Shown here piece by piece: positions 31,625-38,961 of a stretch of 38,961 nt of DNA. The DNA is from an uncultured bacterium (GTDB taxonomy: Bacteria > CAYJRR01). Position 1 is the stretch's first letter. Each line of letters opens with the position of its first letter. The notes under the pieces are model-generated. The model did not search any database and was not told the DNA's origin. It saw nothing but the letters and a program-made list of their open reading frames with translations. The stretch is from positions 1 through 38,961 of the forward strand of contig CAYJRR010000030.1 in NCBI GenBank assembly GCA_964372275.1, read 5' to 3'. A program made the position numbers and the translations under genes.

Positions 31625-32248
31625 CTATTTCTCTTTGCCGGTGAGGTTTTTCAGCGCGTTGACCGCCGCCTCCGCCGCGCTGTCGATCTCGGCCTCGGGG
31701 CCGCCGAGGTAGAGACGGCCGAAGGCGCCGAAGAGCGTGGCGTCGATGAGCGTGACGTCCGCCGCCTTGAGCGCTTCGTTGGCGGCGTAGGCGATGTAGC
31801 CCGCCGGCTCGCACTCCAGGATGAAGAGCGACTGGCCGGCGATCAGCATCGACCCGAAACGGATCCGGTTGATCAGCTGCGTGTGGTACTCCTCGACGCC
31901 GCGGATGATGGTGTTGGAGACGATCCGCGGCTTGATCCGGTCGTGCTCGGTCACCTCGAGCTTTCCGAGGATCGCCTGGCCGGCGGCCACCACCTCGCCC
32001 TGTTCGGCGTGGTGCAGCTCCAAGAGGCCGAAGGCGCGCTCCACGACCATGATCGCGGGGGCCGCCTTGGTCGCCTTGAGCCCCGTGTCGAGCAGGCGGT
32101 TGATCGCCATACCCGGCGCCGTCTCGATGAAGAGCGACGCGTCGTGCGCGACCGGGAGGAAGCCGCGGGCGGTGGTCCCGATGAAGGCCGAGAGCTGTGG
32201 CTGGAGGCTGTCGAGAAAGACGTAGGTGCGCAGGGTTACGTCGGCCAT
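31625..32248 (-). CDS. Tandem-BMC-domain shell protein (BMC-T)
   Basis: A 207-aa product with two BMC-like domains ([45 protein letters not shown]...; [57 protein letters not shown]...). Confidence 0.85.
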   Translation of the reverse strand: MADVTLRTYVFLDSLQPQLSAFIGTTARGFLPVAHDASLFIETAPGMAINRLLDTGLKATKAAPAIMVVERAFGLLELHHAEQGEVVAAGQAILGKLEVTEHDRIKPRIVSNTIIRGVEEYHTQLINRIRFGSMLIAGQSLFILECEPAGYIAYAANEALKAADVTLIDATLFGAFGRLYLGGPEAEIDSAAEAAVNALKNLTGKEK

Positions 32249-32337
32249 GAAGGGGCGACGCTACCCGCCCGCGCGCGTCGCTGTCAACGAGGGGCGGCGC
32301 TCGTTGCCCGCCGGCGGGCCGGAGCGAGTCGATCGGG

Positions 32338-34980
32338 TCACTCCCGGAGCATCTGCGCGAAGCGGGCGGCGACCTCCGGTCGTTCGGTGAGGACGGTGGC
32401 CCAGGCGCCGAGGCAGGCGGCGTAGCGCTCGGCGGACATGCCCGACTGGCGGATCGTCTCGGCGAGGTCGCCGCCGGACATCACCGCCTTCATGAGGCGG
32501 ACGTATTCGCCAAGACTCTTCACCGGCTGGTCGGGGAGGATCGGCTCGGCGTCGAGGGGGAGCCCCGCGGAGGCGGGCGCAGGGGCGGCGGCGGGTGTAG
32601 GGGCGGGTGCGGGTGCGACGGCGTTCGCGAGGCGGTCCTGCACCAGCGCGCGGAGCTGCTCGTCGGCGCGGCGGGCGATCAGGGCGGCGGCTTCGGCTTC
32701 GCGGACGGCCGCGTTCTGCTTTTCGGCCGCGAGGGCGGAGACGGCGGCGCGCCAGCTGGTCGCTTCGGCGCGCGCGCGGGCGCGGATGCGCACGTCGCCG
32801 ACCATTCGCAGCGATTCGTCGATCCGTTCGCAGCTCGACCGGAAGGGGGCGGCGGAGGTCTCCTTCTTCGGGAGCGACGCCAGCAGGTGCGCGTGGAAAT
32901 TTCGCCAGCGGCGCTCGAACCGCTCCAGCGCCTGCGCCAGGCCGGTGTCGGTCGGATTCTGGTTGAAGCGCGGCACGAGGTCCTCGACGAACCGGCCGAG
33001 CGCGCCGAGGCGCTTCACGACGTCGGCGTCGCCGGTCTCGACGGCGTCGAAGAGGCTGTCGGCGAGCGGCGCCGTCTCCTCGGAGCGGATCCGGTCGAGC
33101 ACCCGACCGACGAGCTCGTAGAGCCGGCCGGGGTCGGCGCGGTACTGGACCCGGAACGAGGCCGCGGCGTCGGTCCCCTTGAGCGGCGTCCCCGGGAGGT
33201 CGCGGTCCCGCGCCTCGAGCAGCTCCGACGGGAATCCGGAGAGCGCGACCAGCACCGCATCGCGCTCGTCGATCCGGGTTCGGAAGCGATCCCAGAGCGC
33301 TTCGAAGACCGCGGTTCGCGCCGGCGTCGGATCGATCAGCAGGACGGCGATCCGGGAGGCCAACGTCAGGCGCGCCTCGGTCGCCGACCGGTCCCAGATC
33401 CCCATCAGGATCTGGATGGCGCGGAGGTCGGTCGCGCGACCTCCCGGATTGCACCGGGCGTGGAGCACGAGGAGTGCCCGGAGCGTCGGATCGGCCGTCA
33501 TCTCGTCGGCGACCAGCTCGTCGAGGAGCGCGCCCGCCTCGCGGCTGCGGGCGTTGAGGAGCCACCGCTCGAATCCGGGCCGCATGGCGCAGGCGGCCCT
33601 CTCCTCGGGCCGCAGGCCGCCGATCGCCGACGTCGCGGCCGCGGCGAACTGGGACACCTCGACGTCGTCGCGCGGTCCGGCGGCCGGGTCGGCCGGCGGC
33701 TCGGTCGCCCAGGTGAGGAGGTCGAGCACCCGGTCGAGTCCGAGCGCGCGCGCGCTCCCCATGACGAACCGGCCGAGGAAGGCGCGGCAGGGCTGGTCGA
33801 AGTCGGCGAATCGAGCGTCGCCGCGCAGCCATCGGAACGCGGCCTCGCGGTACGCGTCGTCGGCGCGCAGCGTCCCCTGGAGCAACGCTTCGAGGGTGAC
33901 CACCGGTACCGGGTGTCGAAGTCCGCGCAGAACCGCGATCCGCAGCTCCTCCGGCCCGGAGGCGAGCCACCGGGCCACACGCGGGCTGCGGCGGCGCGCG
34001 AGCGACGTCAGCGCCAGCTCCAGCTTCGGCGAGACCCCTTCGTCGACGACGGCGGCGAGCGTCGCTTCGTGTCCGAGGGCCAGCGCGCAGGAGAACGCCA
34101 GGTCGGGATCGGGCCATTCGAGCCCTTCGCGCAACGGCCCGTCGAGCTCACTCGGATCCTCCGGGTCGGCGAGCGAGCAGGCGGCGGCGGCCCACGGGCG
34201 GAGGAGCGGATCCTCGAGCGCGGGCCGTGCGACGTCGGCGACGCGCCGGAGGTCGTCCGGACCGAGGCGTGGCACGAAGCCGTCGGTCGTGGGCACCTCG
34301 CGCATTCGCCACGAGCCCAGCGCCATCGCCGCCTCCAGCGCCAGGCCGATCGGCTCCGCGGCGTGCAGGCTCTTGCGCGCGGACTCGACGCGAGGCTCGG
34401 TCACGCGCCCCAGGCGGAGAAGCGCGATCGACGCCAAGGCCGCGGTCAGTTCGTCGGGGCTCGAGGCGGCGATCGTCTCCAACAGATCGTCCGCGCCGGG
34501 CGTGAAGGGTCCCTGCGGTCCGCTGCCCGCGAAGGCGAGCGGCTCCTCCCGCAGGGGCAGCGCCTGCATCCAACCGTCTTCAACCACCTCGGCCCATCCG
34601 GGGAGGAGCAGGTAACCTTCGCAGAAGCGCGCCTCCTCCACCCGCACGGCGATCCGGTCGGCCTGCCGCGCGTGGATCGCCGCCAGCGATTCGAGCTGCG
34701 ACGGCGTGAGGGACTGCAGCCGACGCTCGAGCGTCAGGCGGGTGGCGCCGTCGGCCTTCAGCATCCGGGCGACGCCGTACGACGCGGCGGGGACGAGCTT
34801 GCAGCCGCACGAGCGGCAGAAGGTCCCGGTCGACCAGCCGGCGCACCACGGGCAGCGCACCTCCTCGACGAAGGCCCCTCCGCAGGCGACGCAGGGTCCG
34901 GGGCGCCCGGTATCGCCGTCCGCCGGGCCGCTCCCCGTCGGGCTCGCTCCGCACGACTCGCATCGGAAGCGGGAGATCAC
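32338..34980 (-). CDS. Large alpha-helical protein with an N-terminal double zinc-ribbon, paralogous to the upstream gene
   Basis: GTG start in a GTGA overlap with the upstream stop. N-terminal CxxC...CxxC...CxxC...CxxC cluster (CESCG, CVACGG, CPWCAG, CRSCGC). About 800 aa of helical sequence follow. The C-terminal ~60 aa ([56 protein letters not shown]) are homologous to the C-terminus of gene 34977..36542. The remaining ~900 nt of track ORF 32338..35886 is Arg-rich, probably non-coding extension. Confidence 0.55.
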   Translation of the reverse strand: MISRFRCESCGASPTGSGPADGDTGRPGPCVACGGAFVEEVRCPWCAGWSTGTFCRSCGCKLVPAASYGVARMLKADGATRLTLERRLQSLTPSQLESLAAIHARQADRIAVRVEEARFCEGYLLLPGWAEVVEDGWMQALPLREEPLAFAGSGPQGPFTPGADDLLETIAASSPDELTAALASIALLRLGRVTEPRVESARKSLHAAEPIGLALEAAMALGSWRMREVPTTDGFVPRLGPDDLRRVADVARPALEDPLLRPWAAAACSLADPEDPSELDGPLREGLEWPDPDLAFSCALALGHEATLAAVVDEGVSPKLELALTSLARRRSPRVARWLASGPEELRIAVLRGLRHPVPVVTLEALLQGTLRADDAYREAAFRWLRGDARFADFDQPCRAFLGRFVMGSARALGLDRVLDLLTWATEPPADPAAGPRDDVEVSQFAAAATSAIGGLRPEERAACAMRPGFERWLLNARSREAGALLDELVADEMTADPTLRALLVLHARCNPGGRATDLRAIQILMGIWDRSATEARLTLASRIAVLLIDPTPARTAVFEALWDRFRTRIDERDAVLVALSGFPSELLEARDRDLPGTPLKGTDAAASFRVQYRADPGRLYELVGRVLDRIRSEETAPLADSLFDAVETGDADVVKRLGALGRFVEDLVPRFNQNPTDTGLAQALERFERRWRNFHAHLLASLPKKETSAAPFRSSCERIDESLRMVGDVRIRARARAEATSWRAAVSALAAEKQNAAVREAEAAALIARRADEQLRALVQDRLANAVAPAPAPTPAAAPAPASAGLPLDAEPILPDQPVKSLGEYVRLMKAVMSGGDLAETIRQSGMSAERYAACLGAWATVLTERPEVAARFAQMLRE

Positions 34981-36542
34981 GTCCGCTCCGGTCCCGGCCC
35001 GCGCAGGATCTGGCCCATGCGCACCGCCAGCTCGGGCCGGCTCTTCAGCACCCGTCCCCAGGCCGACATGCACCGGGCGTAGGCCGAGAAGTCCATCCGG
35101 TGCGCGACCAGCAGCTCGTCGACCGATCGGCCGGTGGCGAGATCGTCGAGGAAGGCGAGGTAGCGGCGCAGCGTCGGAAGCGGCTCGGCCGGCAACACCG
35201 ACTCGTCCTCGAGAGGAAGGCCGTCGCGCTCCTGTGCCGCCGCGTCCTTCCGCCGTTCGATCCGATGCGTGTCGTCCTTCGCCGGGGACCGCGGCCGGCC
35301 GGGGTCGGTCGGAGCGTTCGCCCGCGCGCGATCGATCTCCGCCTCGAAGCTCTCCAGGACGACGAGGAGGGCGTCCCGCTGTCCGGGTTGCTCCTGGTAC
35401 CGCTTCCAGAACGCCTCGAAGAAACGGCGGCGGTCGAGCAGGAATCCTCGGCTCCAGCCGGCGGCCAGGGCACGCGCCATGGCCGGTCGGCCTCCTTCGG
35501 AAGCGCGGTCCCAGATCCCGAGCGCCAGGTCGAGCGCCGTCGGCGGCTCCACCACGCCGAGCCGGCCGGCGAGGGCGTGCATCGCGGCGAGCGCCCGGAA
35601 CAGCCCTTCCGCGACGCTCGGACTCGGGTCGGCCGCCCAGTCGTCGAGGACCGACGCCTCCTCGGGCCCATGGGCGGCGAACAGCCACAGCGTGAACTCT
35701 TTTCCGAACAGGCGGGCGCGTTCCTCGGGCCGTGCGCGCTTCAGCAGATGGGTCGCAGCCCGGACGATCGGACGGGTTGTGTCGTCGAAGCGGGGCGGCT
35801 CGCCGTCGACCCACGCCGCGCGCCGCAACGCGGAGAGCGCCTGGCCGGCGTCGATCGAGGCCTCCCGCGCCCGGGCTTCGAGCCAACGCCCCAGGAGGAT
35901 CGTTCGTTCGGGCGGAAGCCGGTCGAGCGTTTCGCGGTCGAACGCGATCTGCAGAAGCTCCCTCCGGACGTCGGCGTCCCCGGGATCGCGGTCGAGCAGG
36001 CGATCGACCTCTGCCGCGCGGTCCTCGCCGGACGGGGGGTTGGCGGCCGGGCGCGCGGCGGACGCCTCCCGCACGGCGATGTCAGGGTGGCGGGAGGCGA
36101 GCGAGTCGACGGTGGCGCGCTGCGCGGTGGTCAACCGGAGATCCGCGATCCGCAGGTAGGCGTCGAGGCGGGTGGTGGGAAGCGGATGGCTGCTCATCTG
36201 ACGGACCAGCCATTCGAACTCCTCGGGATCGGGCGCCCCCCGGAACGGGAGACGGCGGAGCGCCTCGATGAGAAGGGCGGCCCGCTTGGGATTGTCGCGG
36301 GCCACGTCGACCATGCGGCGGAAGGCGATCTCCCCTCCCACGTCGACCCGCGCCACCAGCTCCGGGATGCGTTCGCGGACCCCTTCGGTCTCGAGCGCCA
36401 CCGGCAGCTGCGCGAGGAGGCGCGCAATCTCGTCCTGGCTCACGGTGACGAGCGCCCGATCCCCTCCCGCGCGGAGGCGCTCGGCCAGCTCGCGGATCTC
36501 CCCGTCGGCGGGGCGCACGGCCTGCGGCATCTCGCGGCCCAT
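34977..36542 (-). CDS. Alpha-helical protein of unknown function, shorter paralog of the zinc-ribbon protein
   Basis: A 521-aa product. It shares internal blocks with the downstream gene (LALGIWDRASEGG / [13 protein letters not shown]; ALLVVLESFEAEIDRAR / [17 protein letters not shown]). It shares the C-terminal domain (LRRYLAFLDDLATGRSVDELLVAHRMDFSAYARCMSAWGRVLKSRPELAVRMGQIL). An alternative ATG start is at 36530. Confidence 0.55.
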   Translation of the reverse strand: MGREMPQAVRPADGEIRELAERLRAGGDRALVTVSQDEIARLLAQLPVALETEGVRERIPELVARVDVGGEIAFRRMVDVARDNPKRAALLIEALRRLPFRGAPDPEEFEWLVRQMSSHPLPTTRLDAYLRIADLRLTTAQRATVDSLASRHPDIAVREASAARPAANPPSGEDRAAEVDRLLDRDPGDADVRRELLQIAFDRETLDRLPPERTILLGRWLEARAREASIDAGQALSALRRAAWVDGEPPRFDDTTRPIVRAATHLLKRARPEERARLFGKEFTLWLFAAHGPEEASVLDDWAADPSPSVAEGLFRALAAMHALAGRLGVVEPPTALDLALGIWDRASEGGRPAMARALAAGWSRGFLLDRRRFFEAFWKRYQEQPGQRDALLVVLESFEAEIDRARANAPTDPGRPRSPAKDDTHRIERRKDAAAQERDGLPLEDESVLPAEPLPTLRRYLAFLDDLATGRSVDELLVAHRMDFSAYARCMSAWGRVLKSRPELAVRMGQILRGPGPERT

Positions 36543-36551
36543 GATCTCAGA

Positions 36552-37070
36552 TCAGAACGACCAGCGCGAGATCCAGCGCTGCGGCGTGAACGGCGGAATC
36601 GGCAACGGCGTGAGCAGCTCCCCTTCGCCGGGGCGCAGCAGCGACCGGAAGTCGAGCTTCTCGCCGGTGCGGTAGTAGTGCTCGAGATAGCGGTAGTCGG
36701 CGTGCCACCAGTCGGAAACCCAGCGGTCGAGGTCGTGGACGCCGACGTCGTGGAGGAGTTGCAGGCTGTATCGGGTGGCGTCCCTCTCGTACACGCGAAT
36801 CTTCCGCAGCTCCTCCTCCCCCTTGCCGATCGCAAGGTCGGCGCCCAGGCGCCGGTACTCCTCGGAGAGGTTCCACTGCACGGTATGGCCGAACAGGTGG
36901 ACGAGCACGAACAGCGCGCTGTCGAGCTCCTGGTCGAAGTCGACCGCGATCGTCATCCCGTCGAAGTCTCCGGTGTTCGGATCGAGGACGTCGGAGATCG
37001 AGACGGGGAGCCCGTACCGGTCTTCGACGTGCTTCTCGACCCGGGCGTACGCGTCGCGGAAGGTGGTCAC
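36552..37070 (-). CDS. Hypothetical protein (172 aa)
   Basis: The composition is non-Arg-biased and rich in Trp/Tyr/His (VLVHLFGHTVQWNLSEEYRR; WVSDWWHADYRYLEHYY). It sits 9 nt upstream of the next gene. The GTG start is taken from the track. Confidence 0.5.
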   Translation of the reverse strand: MTTFRDAYARVEKHVEDRYGLPVSISDVLDPNTGDFDGMTIAVDFDQELDSALFVLVHLFGHTVQWNLSEEYRRLGADLAIGKGEEELRKIRVYERDATRYSLQLLHDVGVHDLDRWVSDWWHADYRYLEHYYRTGEKLDFRSLLRPGEGELLTPLPIPPFTPQRWISRWSF

Positions 37071-37112
37071 GGCCCGGATCCTAGCGCGGCCCCGGCGACC
37101 AAGCTCGATCGG

Positions 37113-38885
37113 TCAGCGGTAGAGGTAGGCGGCTCCGCTGTCGGGCGCGCCATCGCCTGTGTCGAGCGGGTCGACGCCGGTACCCTCCGAGTCCTCCAAG
37201 AAGGCGCCGATCGCCACGACGTCGCCCGAGACGGTCGCCGGAAGGCCGAACCAGTCCCCCGCGCCTGTGTTCGACGCCTTGAGGTAGGCATGCTGGCTCC
37301 AGCTCCCGTCGGTGCGCAGGAAGAGGTAGGCGGCGCCGCTGTCGAGCGAAAGATCGTTCGCCTGGTTCCCGTCGAGGCCGGTGGCATTCGAATCCTCGGC
37401 GTAGCTCCCGACGACGGCGGCATCGCCGGAGATCGAGACCTCGGCGAAGTAGTCCTCGACTCCGGTGTTGGAGGCCTTGAGGTAGGCCTGCTGGATCCAC
37501 GTGGTTCCGGTCCGGACGAAGACGTAGGCGGCGCCGCTGTTGGTGGGCGAGGAATCCCCCTGATCGCCGTTCACACCGGTGGCGCTGGAGTCTTCGAAGT
37601 AGGAGCCGACGATCGCGGTGTTCCCGGAGAGATCGACGCTGACTCCGAACTGATCGCTCCCGCCCGTGTTGGACGGCTTCAGGTAGGCCTCCTGGATCCA
37701 CGCGGTGCCGGAGCGCACGAAGACGAAGGCCGCACCGGACTCCGGAGCGGTCTCGTTCGCGGCGGAGTTGACGCCGATCGTGCCCGAGTCTTCGCCCCAG
37801 GCCCCGACCAGTGTGGTCTCTCCGGAAACAGCGACGCCGAAGCCGAAGTGGTCCCCGGCATCCGGATCGGGCGCCTTGAGATAGGCCTGTTGGAGCCAAG
37901 CGGTTCCGTTCCGTACGAAGACGTACGCCGCGCCGGCCTCGGCGGCCGAGTTGTCGGATTGGGCGGAAGGGTTCGCCGCCGGGAGTCCGGAATCCTCTCC
38001 CGGAGCGCCGATGACGACGACATCGCCCGAGACGCCGACGCTGCCGAGGTCTCCGAACACGTCGTCGATCCCCGGATTCGACGCCTTCAGATACGCCTGC
38101 TGCGTCCAGACGCCGCCGGTCCGGACGAAGACGTAGGCGGCGCCGCTGTTCGAGAGCCCGTCGTTCGTCTGATCGCCGTCGACGCCCGACGACCCGGAGT
38201 CTTCGTAGAGGGACCCGACGACGATCGTTTCATCGTCGATTGCGACGCTCTGCCCGAACTGATCGCCGGCTTCCGCGTTCGACGCCTTGAGCAGCGCCGT
38301 CTGGCTCCAGACGCCTTCCCGGCGCTCGAAGACGTAGACCGCGCCGCTGTCCTGCGCCGTCGTGTCTTCGAGCGGGGTGCCGACGGCCATCGTATCGCCG
38401 GAGACGGCGACGCTGAAACCGAACAGGTCGCCGTTGCCGGGGTTGGAGGCCTTGAAGAATACCGGCGAGGGCCGCAGCTCGGCCGCCCGGGTCACGGTGA
38501 TTTCGTAGGTCTGCGACGTCCCCCCCCGGCCCTTCACCACGACCGCGACGACGTTCGGGCCTGGCGCCAACGGGATCGGTTCCGACGCGATCCCCGAGAC
38601 CTCGCCCGATTCCTGGACCCGGAGCGTGGCGGACGACGATTCGGTGACGGCGAGAATCCGTACCGAAGTGGCGAACGGACCGACCGAGGCGGTGTACTCG
38701 GTCGTCGCCGGATCGAACGGTGGGACAAGCGCTTCGGAAGGGTTCACCAGGCGCAAGGCGGCGAGCCTCGTCGACACCAGATCGGCATCCCCTTGCCGCT
38801 TGCAGCCGGCCGCGATCGCCGCGAGGGCGCCCGCGGCGGCGAGGGAACGGACGACCGAGAGTCGGGCGGTCGGGCTGGGATCCAC
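37113..38885 (-). CDS. Lipoprotein with a cadherin-like beta-sandwich domain and eight FG-GAP-type beta-propeller repeats
   Basis: Lipobox (LAAIAAGCKRQ). A cadherin-like domain (LAALRLVNPSEALVPPFDPATTEYTASV...YEITVTR). Eight ~50-aa repeats with the pattern GAAYVFVRxGxxWxQQAYLKASNxGxxDxFGxSVxxSGDxxVVGAxxEDS. Confidence 0.8.
   Translation of the reverse strand: MDPSPTARLSVVRSLAAAGALAAIAAGCKRQGDADLVSTRLAALRLVNPSEALVPPFDPATTEYTASVGPFATSVRILAVTESSSATLRVQESGEVSGIASEPIPLAPGPNVVAVVVKGRGGTSQTYEITVTRAAELRPSPVFFKASNPGNGDLFGFSVAVSGDTMAVGTPLEDTTAQDSGAVYVFERREGVWSQTALLKASNAEAGDQFGQSVAIDDETIVVGSLYEDSGSSGVDGDQTNDGLSNSGAAYVFVRTGGVWTQQAYLKASNPGIDDVFGDLGSVGVSGDVVVIGAPGEDSGLPAANPSAQSDNSAAEAGAAYVFVRNGTAWLQQAYLKAPDPDAGDHFGFGVAVSGETTLVGAWGEDSGTIGVNSAANETAPESGAAFVFVRSGTAWIQEAYLKPSNTGGSDQFGVSVDLSGNTAIVGSYFEDSSATGVNGDQGDSSPTNSGAAYVFVRTGTTWIQQAYLKASNTGVEDYFAEVSISGDAAVVGSYAEDSNATGLDGNQANDLSLDSGAAYLFLRTDGSWSQHAYLKASNTGAGDWFGLPATVSGDVVAIGAFLEDSEGTGVDPLDTGDGAPDSGAAYLYR
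37116..38435 (-). repeat. Intragenic tandem repeat (~150-bp period, eight copies) encoding the FG-GAP blades
   Basis: A periodic recurrence of ...gcgccgctgt...gtaggc...cttgaggtaggcctgctg... is visible in the DNA. It corresponds to the YVFVR / AYLKASN peptide repeats. Confidence 0.6.
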
Positions 38886-38902
38886 GTCGCGATGATACCG
38901 CT

Positions 38903-38961
38903 CAAGCGATCCGGGCGTCGGCGAGGGCGAGCGATTCGTCGAGCGCGGCGATGGCGAGGTC
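38903..38961 (-). CDS. 3' end of an unidentified minus-strand gene (C-terminus ...DLAIAALDESLALADARIA)
   Basis: Reverse-complement translation of the window end gives an open frame terminating in TGA at 38905-38903. Too short to classify. Confidence 0.2.

Noticed and set aside
32261-34117. 618-aa minus-strand ORF overlapping the zinc-ribbon gene in another frame
   Set aside because: It is an extreme Arg/Pro-rich translation. The alternative frame gives a coherent helical protein with a shared paralogous C-terminal domain.
1-38961. Searches for CRISPR arrays, tRNA/rRNA genes, insertion-sequence inverted repeats and integrase-like genes
   Set aside because: No direct-repeat/spacer periodicity, no tRNA-like cloverleaf candidates and no transposase or integrase signatures were seen. 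The only strong DNA repeat is intragenic, inside the FG-GAP gene.

Overview
This is a ~70% GC bacterial window, almost certainly from a myxobacterium. The taxonomic clue is a secreted protein ending in a MYXO-CTERM-type GCGC/TM/RRR sorting signal. The BMC-H shell protein looks, from memory and unverified, very close to the Haliangium ochraceum 'HO' shell hexamer. There are no rRNA or tRNA genes and no CRISPR array. The content falls into four blocks.

1. Phospho-signalling module and Tad/Flp pilus locus (1.4-21.4 kb).
- An orphan tadC-like gene, a DUF192 gene, three membrane-spanning FHA-domain proteins and a convergent Hanks Ser/Thr kinase.
- A Tad (tight-adherence) locus with five Flp prepilin genes, a prepilin peptidase, a membrane AlkP-superfamily enzyme inserted among the pilins, TadG/TadE pseudopilins, CpaB, a CpaC secretin, TadB, and a single 728-aa polypeptide fusing a ParA/MinD-like CpaE/TadZ domain to a full CpaF/TadA secretion ATPase.
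- Two of the pilin genes sit behind near-consensus sigma-54 promoters.

2. Housekeeping and secreted-protein genes (21.4-25.0 kb).
- ttcA (tRNA 2-thiocytidine biosynthesis).
- An Amidase_2 peptidoglycan hydrolase.
- A strong bidirectional terminator.
- A sigma-54-driven PKD/MYXO-CTERM secreted protein.

3. Bacterial microcompartment locus (25.2-32.2 kb).
- One BMC-H, three BMC-P and two BMC-T shell genes.
- A CoA-acylating aldehyde dehydrogenase with an N-terminal encapsulation peptide.
- A class II aldolase with a putative C-terminal encapsulation peptide.
- No PduL or alcohol dehydrogenase, so this is an 'incomplete-core' metabolosome.
- The locus is split into two minus-strand sub-operons around a plus-strand polytopic membrane protein.

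4. Co-oriented unknown genes upstream of the shell genes (32.3-38.9 kb).
- A pair of large paralogous proteins that share a C-terminal ~60-aa domain; the downstream copy starts with a double zinc-ribbon.
- A 172-aa unknown protein.
- A cadherin-like lipoprotein with eight FG-GAP beta-propeller repeats.

The most interesting candidates are the FHA/kinase-linked Tad system with the fused CpaE-CpaF ATPase, the pilin-embedded AlkP enzyme, and the zinc-ribbon paralog module attached to the BMC operon.
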